64,000 bases of DNA from contig CAWGDJ010000002.1 of the NCBI GenBank assembly GCA_963821335.1, positions 517,442-581,441 of the forward strand. The letters are read 5' to 3'. A program made the translations under genes and the position numbers. This document shows, piece by piece, positions 18,011 to 27,517 of this stretch. The DNA is from an uncultured Actinomycetes bacterium (GTDB taxonomy: Bacteria; Actinomycetota; Thermoleophilia; Gaiellales; Gaiellaceae). The notes under the pieces were generated by a model, which saw only the letters and a list, made by a program, of their open reading frames with translations, did no database searches and was not told where the DNA came from. How positions within the stretch are numbered: position 1 is the first letter of the stretch; each line of letters begins with the position of its first letter.

Positions 18011-18979
18011 GTGCCGCCGATCGACCGCGAGCAGGCGCTCGGCCTGCTCGCGACGATGTGGCGGATCCGGTTGTTCGAGGAGCGCGTCGGCCAGCTCACC
18101 CGAGCGGGCGAGGTGGAAGGGCTCGTGCACCTCAGCGTCGGGCAGGAGGCGGTGGCGGCCGGGGTCTGCACGCAGCTGCGCGACGACGACGCGGTCTACT
18201 CGGGGCATCGAGCACACGGCCACGCGATCGCCAAGGGAGCGCCGCTCGACCGCGTGATGGCCGAGTTGATGGGGCGAGACACGGGGCTCTGTCGCGGTCT
18301 CGGGGGCTCGATGCACCTTGTCGACGTCGCGCACGGGTTCATGGGCGCGACAGGGGTCGTCGGTGGCAACATCCCGATCGCTCTCGGGAGCGCGCTCGCC
18401 GCCCGCCTGCGTGGCGACGACAGCGTGGCGGTCGTGTTCTTCGGCGACGGGGCCGTCCAGGCTGGGCACTTCAACGAGACGATCAACCTCGCCACGCTCT
18501 GGGAGCTGCCGTTGATCCTCGTCTGCGAGAACAACGGCTTCGCCGAGTTCACGCCTCGGTCGGCGCACACGAAGGTCGACCGGGTCACCGACGTCGTGGC
18601 TCCCTACGGGCTCGAGCGGGCGACCGTCGACGGCAACGACGTGGATGCGGTCCGGAACGCGTTCGCCGGGTTTCTTGCGCTCGCCCGGGCCGGCGGCGGG
18701 CCATTCCTGCTCGAGTGCCTCACGTACCGGCTGCGCGGCCACTACGAGGGCGACCCGGCGCACTATCGGGACGCGCTTGCCGCAGCCGACTGGCAGGAGA
18801 AGGACCCGATCCTCCGGCTGCAGCGCCGCGCGGTCGCCGAAGGGTGGCTCGAGGAGCGCGAGCTCGCGGTCGTCGAGACGGCCGCCGCCGAGGCGGTCGA
18901 CAGGGCGGTGCGATTCGGCCTGGCAAGCCCCGCACCCTCCCCCACTCTCGTCGCGGAGCTCGTGTACGCGGATGGCTGA
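18011..18979 (+). CDS. E1 alpha subunit (AcoA-like, copy 2)
   Basis: HLSVGQEA, HRAHGH, GGSMH, GDGAVQAG...ENNGF, YRLRGHYEGD. Confidence 0.9.
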   Translation: MPPIDREQALGLLATMWRIRLFEERVGQLTRAGEVEGLVHLSVGQEAVAAGVCTQLRDDDAVYSGHRAHGHAIAKGAPLDRVMAELMGRDTGLCRGLGGSMHLVDVAHGFMGATGVVGGNIPIALGSALAARLRGDDSVAVVFFGDGAVQAGHFNETINLATLWELPLILVCENNGFAEFTPRSAHTKVDRVTDVVAPYGLERATVDGNDVDAVRNAFAGFLALARAGGGPFLLECLTYRLRGHYEGDPAHYRDALAAADWQEKDPILRLQRRAVAEGWLEERELAVVETAAAEAVDRAVRFGLASPAPSPTLVAELVYADG

Positions 18980-19970
18980 GTCGACCTACATCCGCGCGAT
19001 CACCTCGACGCTCGCCGATGCGATGCGCGCCGACAGCCGCGTGTTCGTCCTCGGCGAAGACGTCGCGGAGGGCGGCCCGTACACGGCGACAGCAGGCCTG
19101 GCCGAGGAGTTCGGGGTGGAGCGCGTGATCAACACCCCCATCAGCGAGGCGGCGATCACGGGTGTCGCGATCGGTGCAGCGCAGTCGGGGATGCGCCCCG
19201 TGCTCGAGATCATGTTCGTCGACTTCATCACGCTCGCGCTCGACCAGCTCGCGAACGCGGCCGCCAAGGCCCATTTCATGTCGGGTGGTCAGCTCACGGT
19301 GCCACTCGTACTGCGCACCCAGGGCGGGGCGGGTCATCGCGGTGCGGCCCAGCACTCGCAGAGCCTCGAGAGCTGGCTCACCCACGTCCCCGGGCTGAAG
19401 GTGGTGATGCCGAGCCGGCCCGTGGATGCGGCCGGCCTGCTCGCCGCCGCGATCGCCGACCCGAACCCCGTCGTCTTCATCGAGAACAAGACGCTCTACT
19501 TCCGGTCGGGCGAGGTTCCCGACGCGGTCGAGCCGATCGCCATCGGTGAGGCGGTCACCCTCCGTGGCGGCGGCGACGTCACGATCGTCGCGCTCTCGCG
19601 CGTCGTGTACGACGCGCTCGACGCCGCCGACCGCCTGTCGGCGGAACACGGGATCGAGGCGGAGGTGATCGACCCCCGGACGCTGGTGCCGCTCGACCTG
19701 GACGCGGTCGTCGAATCGGTGGCGCGCACCAACCGGCTCGTCATCGCGCACGAGGCGGTCGAGCACGGTGGCTTCGGCGCCGAGCTCACGGCGCAGGTCC
19801 AGGCCGTCGCCTTCGACGACCTCGACGCACCGATCGTTCGCGTCGGAGCCCCGTTTGCCCCGATCCCGTTCAACGGCGTGCTCGAGGATGCCTACCTTCC
19901 GGATGCCGACGCGATCGTCGCCGCTGCTCTAGCCGCCTGCGCGGACGGGTCGAATAGGATCGTCTCGTGA
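18972..19970 (+). CDS. E1 beta subunit (AcoB-like, copy 2)
   Basis: LGEDV, TPISE, GMRPVLEIMF, AAQHSQ, EVIDPRTLVPLD. Confidence 0.9.
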   Translation: MAESTYIRAITSTLADAMRADSRVFVLGEDVAEGGPYTATAGLAEEFGVERVINTPISEAAITGVAIGAAQSGMRPVLEIMFVDFITLALDQLANAAAKAHFMSGGQLTVPLVLRTQGGAGHRGAAQHSQSLESWLTHVPGLKVVMPSRPVDAAGLLAAAIADPNPVVFIENKTLYFRSGEVPDAVEPIAIGEAVTLRGGGDVTIVALSRVVYDALDAADRLSAEHGIEAEVIDPRTLVPLDLDAVVESVARTNRLVIAHEAVEHGGFGAELTAQVQAVAFDDLDAPIVRVGAPFAPIPFNGVLEDAYLPDADAIVAAALAACADGSNRIVS

Positions 19971-21001
19971 TCGCGGTCGTCACCGAAGCGGTCGGGGCGA
20001 TGCACGTCCGCGACGTCGCCGAGCCCGACGAGCCCGGTTCGGGCGAAGTGATCGTGCGGCCGGTGGCGATCGGGATCTGCGGGTCGGACGTCCACTTCCT
20101 CGAGGGAAAGCTCTCCGAGCATGCGGGTGGCTCGGGGTTCCCCCGGATCCAAGGGCACGAGGTCGCGGCCGTCATCGAGGCGGTCGGCCCCGACTGCAAG
20201 CCTGGGACGGAAGTGGGCCAGCAGGTGGCGCTCTGGCCGCTCACACCCTGCGGTCACTGCTACCCCTGCCGAATCGGCCGGCAGAACGTCTGCGTCAACT
20301 TCAGCCTGATCGGGATCCACGAGGACGGCGGCTTCCAGCAGTACCTCAGGATCGCGGACACCCAGCTCTTCCCTGCCACGGGTCTCAGCCCGCAGGTCGG
20401 GGCGCTCGTCGAGCCCGTGTCGATCGCCATCCGCGCGGTACACCGCGGCCGGGTCGATGCCGGTGAGCATGTCGTCGTGCTCGGCGCCGGCCCGATCGGG
20501 CAGGCGATCCTGGTGGCCGCCCAGGACCGCGGCGCGTCCGTAATGGTCGTCGATCTGCTCGAAACGAGGCTCGTGGTCGCGTCGGCGCTCGGCGCAGAGA
20601 CGATGTCGTGGACGACGGCGACCGAGGTCGTCGCGCACGCCCGCGCGTGGACTGGTGGCGAGGGACCGCAGGTCGTGTTCGACGCCACGGGCGTGCCGGC
20701 AGCGGTGCGGGCGGGAGTCGAGATGGTTTCCTCCGCCGGTCGCTTCGTCCAGGTCGGAATGTCGGGAGACAACGTCGACCTGCGACTCGGCAGCTTCACC
20801 GAGAAGGAGCTCGACGTGCTCGGTGTCGCCTGCTGCGGGAGCGGCGACTTCGCAGAGGCCGCCGATCTGACGGCACGCAACGCAGACCGGCTTGCACAGT
20901 TGGTCAGCCACGAGTTCGCGTTGGCGGAGGCACCCGCTGCGCTCCACCTGGTCGTCGAGCACCCCGACGAGGTGATGAAGGTCGTCATCCGCGGTGAGTA
21001 G
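19967..21001 (+). CDS. Zn-dependent medium-chain dehydrogenase (threonine/sorbitol dehydrogenase-like)
   Basis: GICGSD, GHE, CGHCYPC...C, GAGPIG. Confidence 0.88.
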   Translation: MIAVVTEAVGAMHVRDVAEPDEPGSGEVIVRPVAIGICGSDVHFLEGKLSEHAGGSGFPRIQGHEVAAVIEAVGPDCKPGTEVGQQVALWPLTPCGHCYPCRIGRQNVCVNFSLIGIHEDGGFQQYLRIADTQLFPATGLSPQVGALVEPVSIAIRAVHRGRVDAGEHVVVLGAGPIGQAILVAAQDRGASVMVVDLLETRLVVASALGAETMSWTTATEVVAHARAWTGGEGPQVVFDATGVPAAVRAGVEMVSSAGRFVQVGMSGDNVDLRLGSFTEKELDVLGVACCGSGDFAEAADLTARNADRLAQLVSHEFALAEAPAALHLVVEHPDEVMKVVIRGE

Positions 21002-21022
21002 CCGCACAGGAGTCGTGCCCAC

Positions 21023-21634
21023 ATGACCGACGCAGCTGCGACCTCCGATCGCCTGGCGATCCGCGACCTCGTCGAGAGCTGGGTGGTCTGGCGCGATGCG
21101 GGCGACTGGGTCCGATTTCGGACGCTCTGGTTCGACGACGGTCGGATGATGGCCACTTGGACGCAGGGCACGGCCGACGAGTTCATCGCGATGAGCAAGG
21201 CAGGATGGGCGAAGGGCGTGAAGATCCTCCACCGGCTGGCGGGGCAGTCGATCGACCTCGCTGGAACCCGGGCGATCTCGCAGACGAAGATGGCGATCAT
21301 GCAGCGCGCGGTCGTCGACGACGTGGAGGTCGACGTCACCTGCACAGGTCGCTTCTACGACTTCGTCGAGAAGCGAGACGGACGCTGGGGGCTCGTGCTG
21401 CGCCAACCCATCTACGAGAGCGACCGCATCGACCCTGTCGACCCGTCCGCCCGGCTCGTGCTCGACCCGGAGCTGTTGGATCGTTTCCCCGAGGGCTACC
21501 GCCACCTCGCCTACCTCCAGACGCGGATCGGGTACGACGTGAAGCCGGACATGCCCGGCCTGCGTGGGCCCGAGGTCGAAGCGCTGTACGCGAGCGGCGC
21601 CAGCTGGCTCGCCGGTCGCCCTCTCGACCGCTGA
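21023..21634 (+). CDS. NTF2/SnoaL-like protein with C-terminal extension (resembles the fungal PEP2-like family)
   Basis: DRLAIRDLVESWVVWRDAGDW, RFYDFVEKRDGRW, IYESDRIDP, GYRHLAYLQ. Confidence 0.72.
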   Translation: MTDAAATSDRLAIRDLVESWVVWRDAGDWVRFRTLWFDDGRMMATWTQGTADEFIAMSKAGWAKGVKILHRLAGQSIDLAGTRAISQTKMAIMQRAVVDDVEVDVTCTGRFYDFVEKRDGRWGLVLRQPIYESDRIDPVDPSARLVLDPELLDRFPEGYRHLAYLQTRIGYDVKPDMPGLRGPEVEALYASGASWLAGRPLDR

Positions 21635-21640
21635 CCAGCG

Positions 21641-22555
21641 TCAGGTCGGCTCCGCCTCGAGCCCGTCGGCGGCCTCGCGAACGAACCGCGCCGACGCGTG
21701 GAGCGCGTCGTGTTGCGCAGATCCCAGCGGCCATTCGTGGATCTCGAGGACGCCACCGCGCCCGATGGTGACGGGGACGGTGACGGCCACACCCCGGAGC
21801 CCATACTCGCCGTCGAGAAGCACGGAGGCGGGCCAGAGCTCGCCGTCTCCGTCGAGTGCCCGGATCAGCCGCGCAACGCCGAGCCCCGAGGTCCAGGTCG
21901 ACGACCGATCGGAATCGAGGGCGACGTGGATCGAGTACCAGGTGCGGAGGTACTCGACCGCTGCGGCGGCCTGAGCGGCCGTCGGCTCGACGTCGTTCCC
22001 GTGCACCCGGACCCGGTCGAGGAGCGGGACGCTCAGATCACCGTGCTCCCCGATCACCCACGCCTCGACCGACCCCGCCGGCTCGCCGAATGCCAGTGCA
22101 AGCCCGGTCCTGAGCCGCAGGCTGTCGTTGATCGTGTAGCCGACGATCCGGCGTCGATCGAGGCCTGTGCGCCGATGGAGTCGCGTCACGAGCGGGTCGA
22201 CGGGGTTCGTCACGACGACGAGGACGCCGCCCCAGCCGTCGCCGAGCGCATCCGCGGCGGCGTCTGCGATCGCCGCGTTGCGCGCCAGATACTCGATCCG
22301 CGGTGTCCCGGCGGTCAGCGGCGTCGCCGACACGAGGGCGACCACGTCGCTATCGCGGACGTCGGCGACGTCGCCCTCGCGCACGGAGGCACCCGGTGCG
22401 AGCTCGAGCACCTGCTGGAGGTCCATCACATGGGAGGTGACCATTTCGGGACGGCGATCGACGACCACGATCTCGTCCGCACGCTGCCCGAGAGCGAGGT
22501 TGAAAGCAGCCGAAGCGCCGACCCCGCCGCCACCGCCGAGGATGGTGATCTTCAC
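21641..22555 (-). CDS. Lactate/malate dehydrogenase-superfamily 2-hydroxyacid dehydrogenase with an atypical substrate loop
   Basis: ILGGGGGVG, VTNPVD, NDSLRLR, IGEHGD. Confidence 0.82.
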   Translation of the reverse strand: MKITILGGGGGVGASAAFNLALGQRADEIVVVDRRPEMVTSHVMDLQQVLELAPGASVREGDVADVRDSDVVALVSATPLTAGTPRIEYLARNAAIADAAADALGDGWGGVLVVVTNPVDPLVTRLHRRTGLDRRRIVGYTINDSLRLRTGLALAFGEPAGSVEAWVIGEHGDLSVPLLDRVRVHGNDVEPTAAQAAAAVEYLRTWYSIHVALDSDRSSTWTSGLGVARLIRALDGDGELWPASVLLDGEYGLRGVAVTVPVTIGRGGVLEIHEWPLGSAQHDALHASARFVREAADGLEAEPT

Positions 22556-22583
22556 CGCGGCATCGTCTCGCGTGACGATCGAA

Positions 22584-22597
22584 AAATCAAATGATTT
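22584..22597. promoter_or_regulatory. Palindromic operator AAATCA-AA-TGATTT between divergent genes (probably bound by the FadR-type regulator)
   Basis: Perfect AT-rich inverted repeat in a GC-rich background, next to a -10-like TAGAGT preceding the mdlC GTG. Confidence 0.7.
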
Positions 22598-22616
22598 GCA
22601 TATAGAGTTCGATCTC

Positions 22617-24221
22617 GTGCAGACGGTTCGCGAGGCCACGTTCGACGTCTGGCGCAGGTACGGCCTGACGACCCTGTTCGCGAACCCCGGCTCGACCGAG
22701 ATCGAGCTGCTCACCGACCTACCGAGTGATCTCCGGTTCGTCCTCGGCCTCCACGAGAGCGCGGTCGTCGGGATGGCAATCGGCTGGGCGCTCGGACGAC
22801 GCGAGCCTGCGCTCGCGATCCTTCACACCACCCCGGGCCTGGGGAACGCGGTCAGCGCGATTGCGACGGCGCGCGTGAATCGTGCGCCGGTCGTGATCGT
22901 CGTCGGGCAGCAGGACCGCCGGCACCTCGCAACCGAGCCCTTCCTCACCGGCTGGCTGCAGGGGCTTGCAGGCGAGTACCCCGTCTGGGTCGACCTGCCC
23001 GTGCGGCCCCAGGACGTGCCAGGCGCGATCACGCGCGCATGCCACGAGGCCGTCACGGCAAGTGGCCCTGCGATCGTGATCGTCCCGATGGACGACTGGG
23101 CCGCCGAGGCGACCGAGGTCGGGGAACGCGCAGCCCCCATCACCGTCGCCCGCTCTCGCGGTGCCGACCCCGAGGTCGTCGCGCGGCTGGCCGGTCTGAT
23201 CGACTCCGCGACGAGCCCGGTGCTCGTCGCCGGCGCCGGCTCAGGCGAGCCTGACGGCTGGACCGCCCTCGTCGCCCTCGCCGAGCGTCTCGGGTGCCCG
23301 GTGTGGCAGGAGCCGTTCAGCGGTCGCGCGGGCTTTCCCGGCGACCATCCGCAGTTCGCGGGGCATCTCTCGGCCGATCGCACCCGGCTGCGGGCCTCAC
23401 TGGCGGCTCACGATCTCGTCGTCGCCGTCGGAGCGCCGGTCTTCCGACAGTACCCCTTCGTCCCCGGGCCGTTCGTCGAGCCGGGCACGACGGTCGTCAT
23501 GGTCAGCCGTGACCCCGCGGAGGTGCATCGCAGCACGGCAGACCTCGCCGTGCTCGCAGATCCCGCCGCAACCTGCAGCGCGCTCGCCGAGGTCGTCGCA
23601 TCGCGCGCCACAGCGTCGCCTTCGAGCGAGGCGCAACGCCCGGAGCCGCTTGCGCCGCCGACCGCGGATGCTCCGCTCCGCGCCGCGCACGTGTTCGACG
23701 CGTTGGCGGAGCGGCTGCCCACCGATGCCGTCGTGATCGAGGAGTCGCCCTCAAGTCGTCCCGATTTTCTCGCACGCCTTCCCGCCCGCTCCCCACTCGG
23801 GACGCTCAGCCCGGCGATGGGCCAGCTCGGATTCGCGCTCCCCGCGGCGACCGGGATCAGCCTCGCGTGCCCCGACCGGCCGGTCGTCGCCGTCGTCGGG
23901 GACGGCGCGTCGCTCTACTCGATCCAGGCTCTGTGGAGCGCCGCCCACTACGGTGCCGGCCCGTTGTTCGTCGTCCTGGCGAACGGTGGTTACGCCATCA
24001 TGGATCGGCTCGTCGAGCAGCACGGCGGTGCGGCTCCCTGGCCGGGTTTTGGTGTCGATGTCGCCGGTCTCGCGCGTTCGTTCGGCTGCTCGGCGCGATC
24101 CGTGTGGAGTCACACCGAGCTCGTCGAGGCGCTCGACGAGACCCTGCCGGGGCTCGGCTCCTCGCGGGAGCCGCTGCTGCTCGAGGTTGCGGTCGAGCCC
24201 GACCCGACGTTCGCCTCCTAG
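22617..24221 (+). CDS. mdlC: Benzoylformate decarboxylase-like ThDP enzyme
   Basis: TVREATFDV, FANPGSTE, LHT, GQQDRR, EESPS, GDGASLYSIQALWSAA...NGGY. Confidence 0.8.
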   Translation: MQTVREATFDVWRRYGLTTLFANPGSTEIELLTDLPSDLRFVLGLHESAVVGMAIGWALGRREPALAILHTTPGLGNAVSAIATARVNRAPVVIVVGQQDRRHLATEPFLTGWLQGLAGEYPVWVDLPVRPQDVPGAITRACHEAVTASGPAIVIVPMDDWAAEATEVGERAAPITVARSRGADPEVVARLAGLIDSATSPVLVAGAGSGEPDGWTALVALAERLGCPVWQEPFSGRAGFPGDHPQFAGHLSADRTRLRASLAAHDLVVAVGAPVFRQYPFVPGPFVEPGTTVVMVSRDPAEVHRSTADLAVLADPAATCSALAEVVASRATASPSSEAQRPEPLAPPTADAPLRAAHVFDALAERLPTDAVVIEESPSSRPDFLARLPARSPLGTLSPAMGQLGFALPAATGISLACPDRPVVAVVGDGASLYSIQALWSAAHYGAGPLFVVLANGGYAIMDRLVEQHGGAAPWPGFGVDVAGLARSFGCSARSVWSHTELVEALDETLPGLGSSREPLLLEVAVEPDPTFAS

Positions 24222-24228
24222 CACGGCG

Positions 24229-25005
24229 ATGACCCGCCCTCGCGTCCCCGACTTCCGCAGGACCGAACGGTTCAGCTCACCGAGACGGAGCGCGAGCGAG
24301 CGGGTGGCCTTCGAGATCAGGCGCCACCTGTCCGAGCGCGACCTGCCACCGGGTGCGCGTCTCGGGACGGAGCAGGAGCTCGCCGACGAGCTCGGGGTCA
24401 GCCGACCGACCCTGCGCGAGGGTCTTCGCATCCTCTCCAGCTCGCATCTGATCCGTGCGACGCAGGGCCCTGGTGGCGGGATCTTCGTCGAGAGCACGGA
24501 GAACGAGGGCATGGGTCGCAGCGTCAGCGAGTCGATTGCCGTGATGCTCGAGACAGACAGTGTCTCGCTCCACGAGCTGGTCGAGGCACGCATCTCGCTC
24601 GAGGTCCCGCTCGCCGGGCTCGCTGCGCAGCACGCGACGCCACTGACAGACGCCGACCTCGCCGCGGCAATAGCCGAGGCGACCGGAAACCACCCGGCGT
24701 CCGACGTGTTCCGCGCCGCGGACGCCCGCTTCCATCGGGTCATCGCGAGCGCGGCCGAGAACGAGCTGCTGCGGGCGTTCACGAGCTGGACGCTCGACGT
24801 CCTACAGCCGTCGCTGATCGACACGATCGGCGACGTGATCGACGGAGGAGCGATCCTGCGACAGCACGGCGAGATCCAGCGCGCGATCCGGCTCCGACAA
24901 CCGGCAGGCGCCCAACGTGCGATGCGCCGCCATCTCGAATATCTCCAGCAGCTCGTCGACGTGCTCGACGAAGGTCAGGTCACGAACCCGAAGGGAGCAT
25001 CGTGA
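24229..25005 (+). CDS. GntR/FadR-family regulator
   Basis: LPPGARLGTEQELADELGVSRPTLREGL, FCD domain with DARFH. Confidence 0.9.
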   Translation: MTRPRVPDFRRTERFSSPRRSASERVAFEIRRHLSERDLPPGARLGTEQELADELGVSRPTLREGLRILSSSHLIRATQGPGGGIFVESTENEGMGRSVSESIAVMLETDSVSLHELVEARISLEVPLAGLAAQHATPLTDADLAAAIAEATGNHPASDVFRAADARFHRVIASAAENELLRAFTSWTLDVLQPSLIDTIGDVIDGGAILRQHGEIQRAIRLRQPAGAQRAMRRHLEYLQQLVDVLDEGQVTNPKGAS

Positions 25006-26021
25006 AAGCAGCGATCATGCGTGCGTATCACCAGCCGCTCGAGCTGATCGACTACCCGCTGCCCGAGCCTGTTCGCCCGACGGACGTACTCGTCAGGATC
25101 GGCGGAGCCGGTGTCTGCGCCACCGATCTGCACGCCATCGACGGGCTGATGGAGCCCGCAGGGGTGACCTTGCCGCTCGTCCTCGGGCACGAGAACGCCG
25201 GCTGGGTCGAGGCGGTCGGCTCGGGGGTGACGGGCGTTGCGGTGGGTGACGCCGTCCTCGTCTATCCCCCGTTCAGCTGCGGGCTCTGCGTCCCGTGCCG
25301 ACGCGGGAACGACATGCACTGCATCCGGCACGAGTTCACCGGGCTCACGCTCGACGGTGGCTTCGCAGAGCACGTCGTCGTCGCCGAGCGGTCGCTCATC
25401 CTCCTGCCCGACGGCGTCGAGCCCGCAGCGATCGCGCCACACGCCGACGCCGGTCTGACCGCGTACCACGCAGTGAGTCGGCTCGCCCACCTTGCCACGC
25501 CCGGCTCGACGGCCGTGGTGATCGGCACGGGCGGCGTCGGGCACATTGCCCTCCAGCTGCTGCGGGAGCTCGGCTCGAGCACCGTGATCGCCGTCGACCT
25601 CGACGAGCGCCGGCGCCGCCTGGCGACGGACCTGGGGGCCGACGAGGTGCTCGACGGGACGGAGGTCGTGAGCACCGTCCGCGAGCTCACGCATGGCCGC
25701 GGAGCCGAGCTCGTGTTCGACTTCGTCGGCACCGATCAGACCCATGCCGACTCTGCAGCGATGCTCGCACGTGGTGGCACGTACTCCGTGATCGGCTACG
25801 GCGGGATGATCGCGATCCCGTCGGTGGCGATGATCGCGAACGAGCACGCCGTGATCGGGAACCTCGTCGGCACGTGGGTCGACCTGTGGGAGCTGATCCA
25901 GCTCCATGGCGCCGGGCGCATCAGGCTCGTCACCGAGACGCATCCGTTGGAGGACGTCAACGAGGTGCTCGCCAAGCTCCGCGCCGGCGAGGTCGTCGGG
26001 CGGGCCGTGCTCGTGCCCTGA
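25002..26021 (+). CDS. NAD(P)-dependent Zn alcohol dehydrogenase
   Basis: GVCATD, GHENAG, CGLCVPC...C, DAGLTAYHA, GTGGVG. Confidence 0.9.
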   Translation: MKAAIMRAYHQPLELIDYPLPEPVRPTDVLVRIGGAGVCATDLHAIDGLMEPAGVTLPLVLGHENAGWVEAVGSGVTGVAVGDAVLVYPPFSCGLCVPCRRGNDMHCIRHEFTGLTLDGGFAEHVVVAERSLILLPDGVEPAAIAPHADAGLTAYHAVSRLAHLATPGSTAVVIGTGGVGHIALQLLRELGSSTVIAVDLDERRRRLATDLGADEVLDGTEVVSTVRELTHGRGAELVFDFVGTDQTHADSAAMLARGGTYSVIGYGGMIAIPSVAMIANEHAVIGNLVGTWVDLWELIQLHGAGRIRLVTETHPLEDVNEVLAKLRAGEVVGRAVLVP

Positions 26022-26024
26022 CTG

Positions 26025-26768
26025 TCAGGCGTCGCCGAGGCTCGCCTGTCCGCGGAGCAGGTACGCGGAGTGCAGGAGATCGGGCTCGTCGACAAGCCTT
26101 TGCGCTGGCCCCTCGTAGCGGATCCGGCCGCCCTCCAGGATGTACGCGCTCTCGGCGAGCGCGAGCGCGACGTGCGCGAACTGCTCGATGAGGAGCACCC
26201 CGATGCCCGAGGCGGCAACGGCTTCGATCGCGGGCATGAGCCGCTTGACGATCACCGGCGCCAGCCCGAGCGATAGCTCGTCGACGAGGACGAACCTCGG
26301 GCTGGAGACCAGCGCCTGCGCGAGCACGACCATCTGCTGCTCGCCACCGGAGAGCGATCTCGCCTGAACCGTCCAGCGCTTCTCGAGCTCGGGGAAGAGC
26401 TCGAGCGCATGTGCGATACCCGACCGAGCATTCTCGCGTGGGAGCGCGTACGTCGCGACGCGAAGGTTGTCCTCGACGGTGAGGTTCGAGAGCAGCCGCC
26501 GCCCCTCCGGGACGATGGCGAGCCCGCTCGCCCGGATCTTCTCGGGACGTCCGCGCGCGAGATCCTGGCCGTCGAGCGTCACGCTGCCTGCTGTCGGCTT
26601 GAGCACGCCACCCACGGCAAGCACGAGCGACGACTTGCCCGCCCCGTTGGGGCCGAGCAGCGTCGTGATCACGCCCGGAGGGATCGTCAACGAGACATCG
26701 TGGACGACCTGGCGCCCGCCGCGCGAGACGCTGAACCCCTCGATCGCGAGCGGTGCAGGGTCGCTCAT
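26025..26768 (-). CDS. HAAT-family ABC ATPase (LivF-like)
   Basis: GPNGAGKS, PEGRR, LSGGEQQM, DELSLGLAP. Confidence 0.9.
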   Translation of the reverse strand: MSDPAPLAIEGFSVSRGGRQVVHDVSLTIPPGVITTLLGPNGAGKSSLVLAVGGVLKPTAGSVTLDGQDLARGRPEKIRASGLAIVPEGRRLLSNLTVEDNLRVATYALPRENARSGIAHALELFPELEKRWTVQARSLSGGEQQMVVLAQALVSSPRFVLVDELSLGLAPVIVKRLMPAIEAVAASGIGVLLIEQFAHVALALAESAYILEGGRIRYEGPAQRLVDEPDLLHSAYLLRGQASLGDA

Positions 26769-27517
26769 TCGAGGTCCCCGATGACGACGCCCTCTTCGTC
26801 CACGATCTCCTCGTCGGTGCCGAGGTAGGCGCGCATCACGTTTTCGTCGCGCAGCACGTCCGCCGTCGCGCCTGATGCGATCAGCTTGCCGAAGTCGAGC
26901 ACTGCGGTCGTCTCGCAGCACGCCGACACGAGCGCCATGTCGTGGTCGACCAGGATCACGAGCGCGTCGAACTCCTCGGGGATCGCCCGGATGACCGAGC
27001 CGAGGTGGCCGGTCTCCTCGTCGGGGAGGCCTGCCGCCGGCTCGTCGAGCAGAACGACCCGCGGCGCGCCGACCACCGCACGAGCAATCTCGATCAGCCT
27101 GCGCTCTCGCGCCGGCAGGCCGCCGACCTTGGTCTCGGGAGCGACCTCGAGACCGACGAAGTCGATCGCCCTGAGCACCTCGGCCTTTCGCATCCGCCGA
27201 TCGGCCTTCGAATGCTCGTGGATCATCGCAATGTTCTCGTAGACCGAGAGCCGCTCGATCGCCTGCTCGGTCTGGAACGTGCGTCGGAGGCCCCAGCGGG
27301 CACGGCGGTAGTCCGCCATCGCCAGGAGGTTCTCGCCGAACGCCGTGATCGTGCCCTGAGCCGGGCGCACGAACCCGGAGAGGACGTTGAAGAACGTCGT
27401 CTTCCCCGCACCGTTGGGCCCGATCAGACCACAGGTGCCGCCGGGAAAGACGACGCTCATCGCGTCGATCGGGATGACGCCCCCGAACCGTACGGTGAGC
27501 TCGTCGACCTCGATCAC
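26765..27517 (-). CDS. HAAT-family ABC ATPase (LivG-like)
   Basis: GPNGAGKTT, RTFQ, LLDEPAAGL, AYLG. Confidence 0.9.
   Translation of the reverse strand: MIEVDELTVRFGGVIPIDAMSVVFPGGTCGLIGPNGAGKTTFFNVLSGFVRPAQGTITAFGENLLAMADYRRARWGLRRTFQTEQAIERLSVYENIAMIHEHSKADRRMRKAEVLRAIDFVGLEVAPETKVGGLPARERRLIEIARAVVGAPRVVLLDEPAAGLPDEETGHLGSVIRAIPEEFDALVILVDHDMALVSACCETTAVLDFGKLIASGATADVLRDENVMRAYLGTDEEIVDEEGVVIGDLE

Noticed and set aside
17432-18763. 443-aa minus-strand ORF with a 38-aa repeat
   Set aside because: It is antisense to well-supported E1 genes, and the peptide repeat simply mirrors the 114-bp DNA repeat.
21641-22555. TCA-cycle malate dehydrogenase
   Set aside because: It lacks the specificity-loop Arg and shares a promoter with mdlC.
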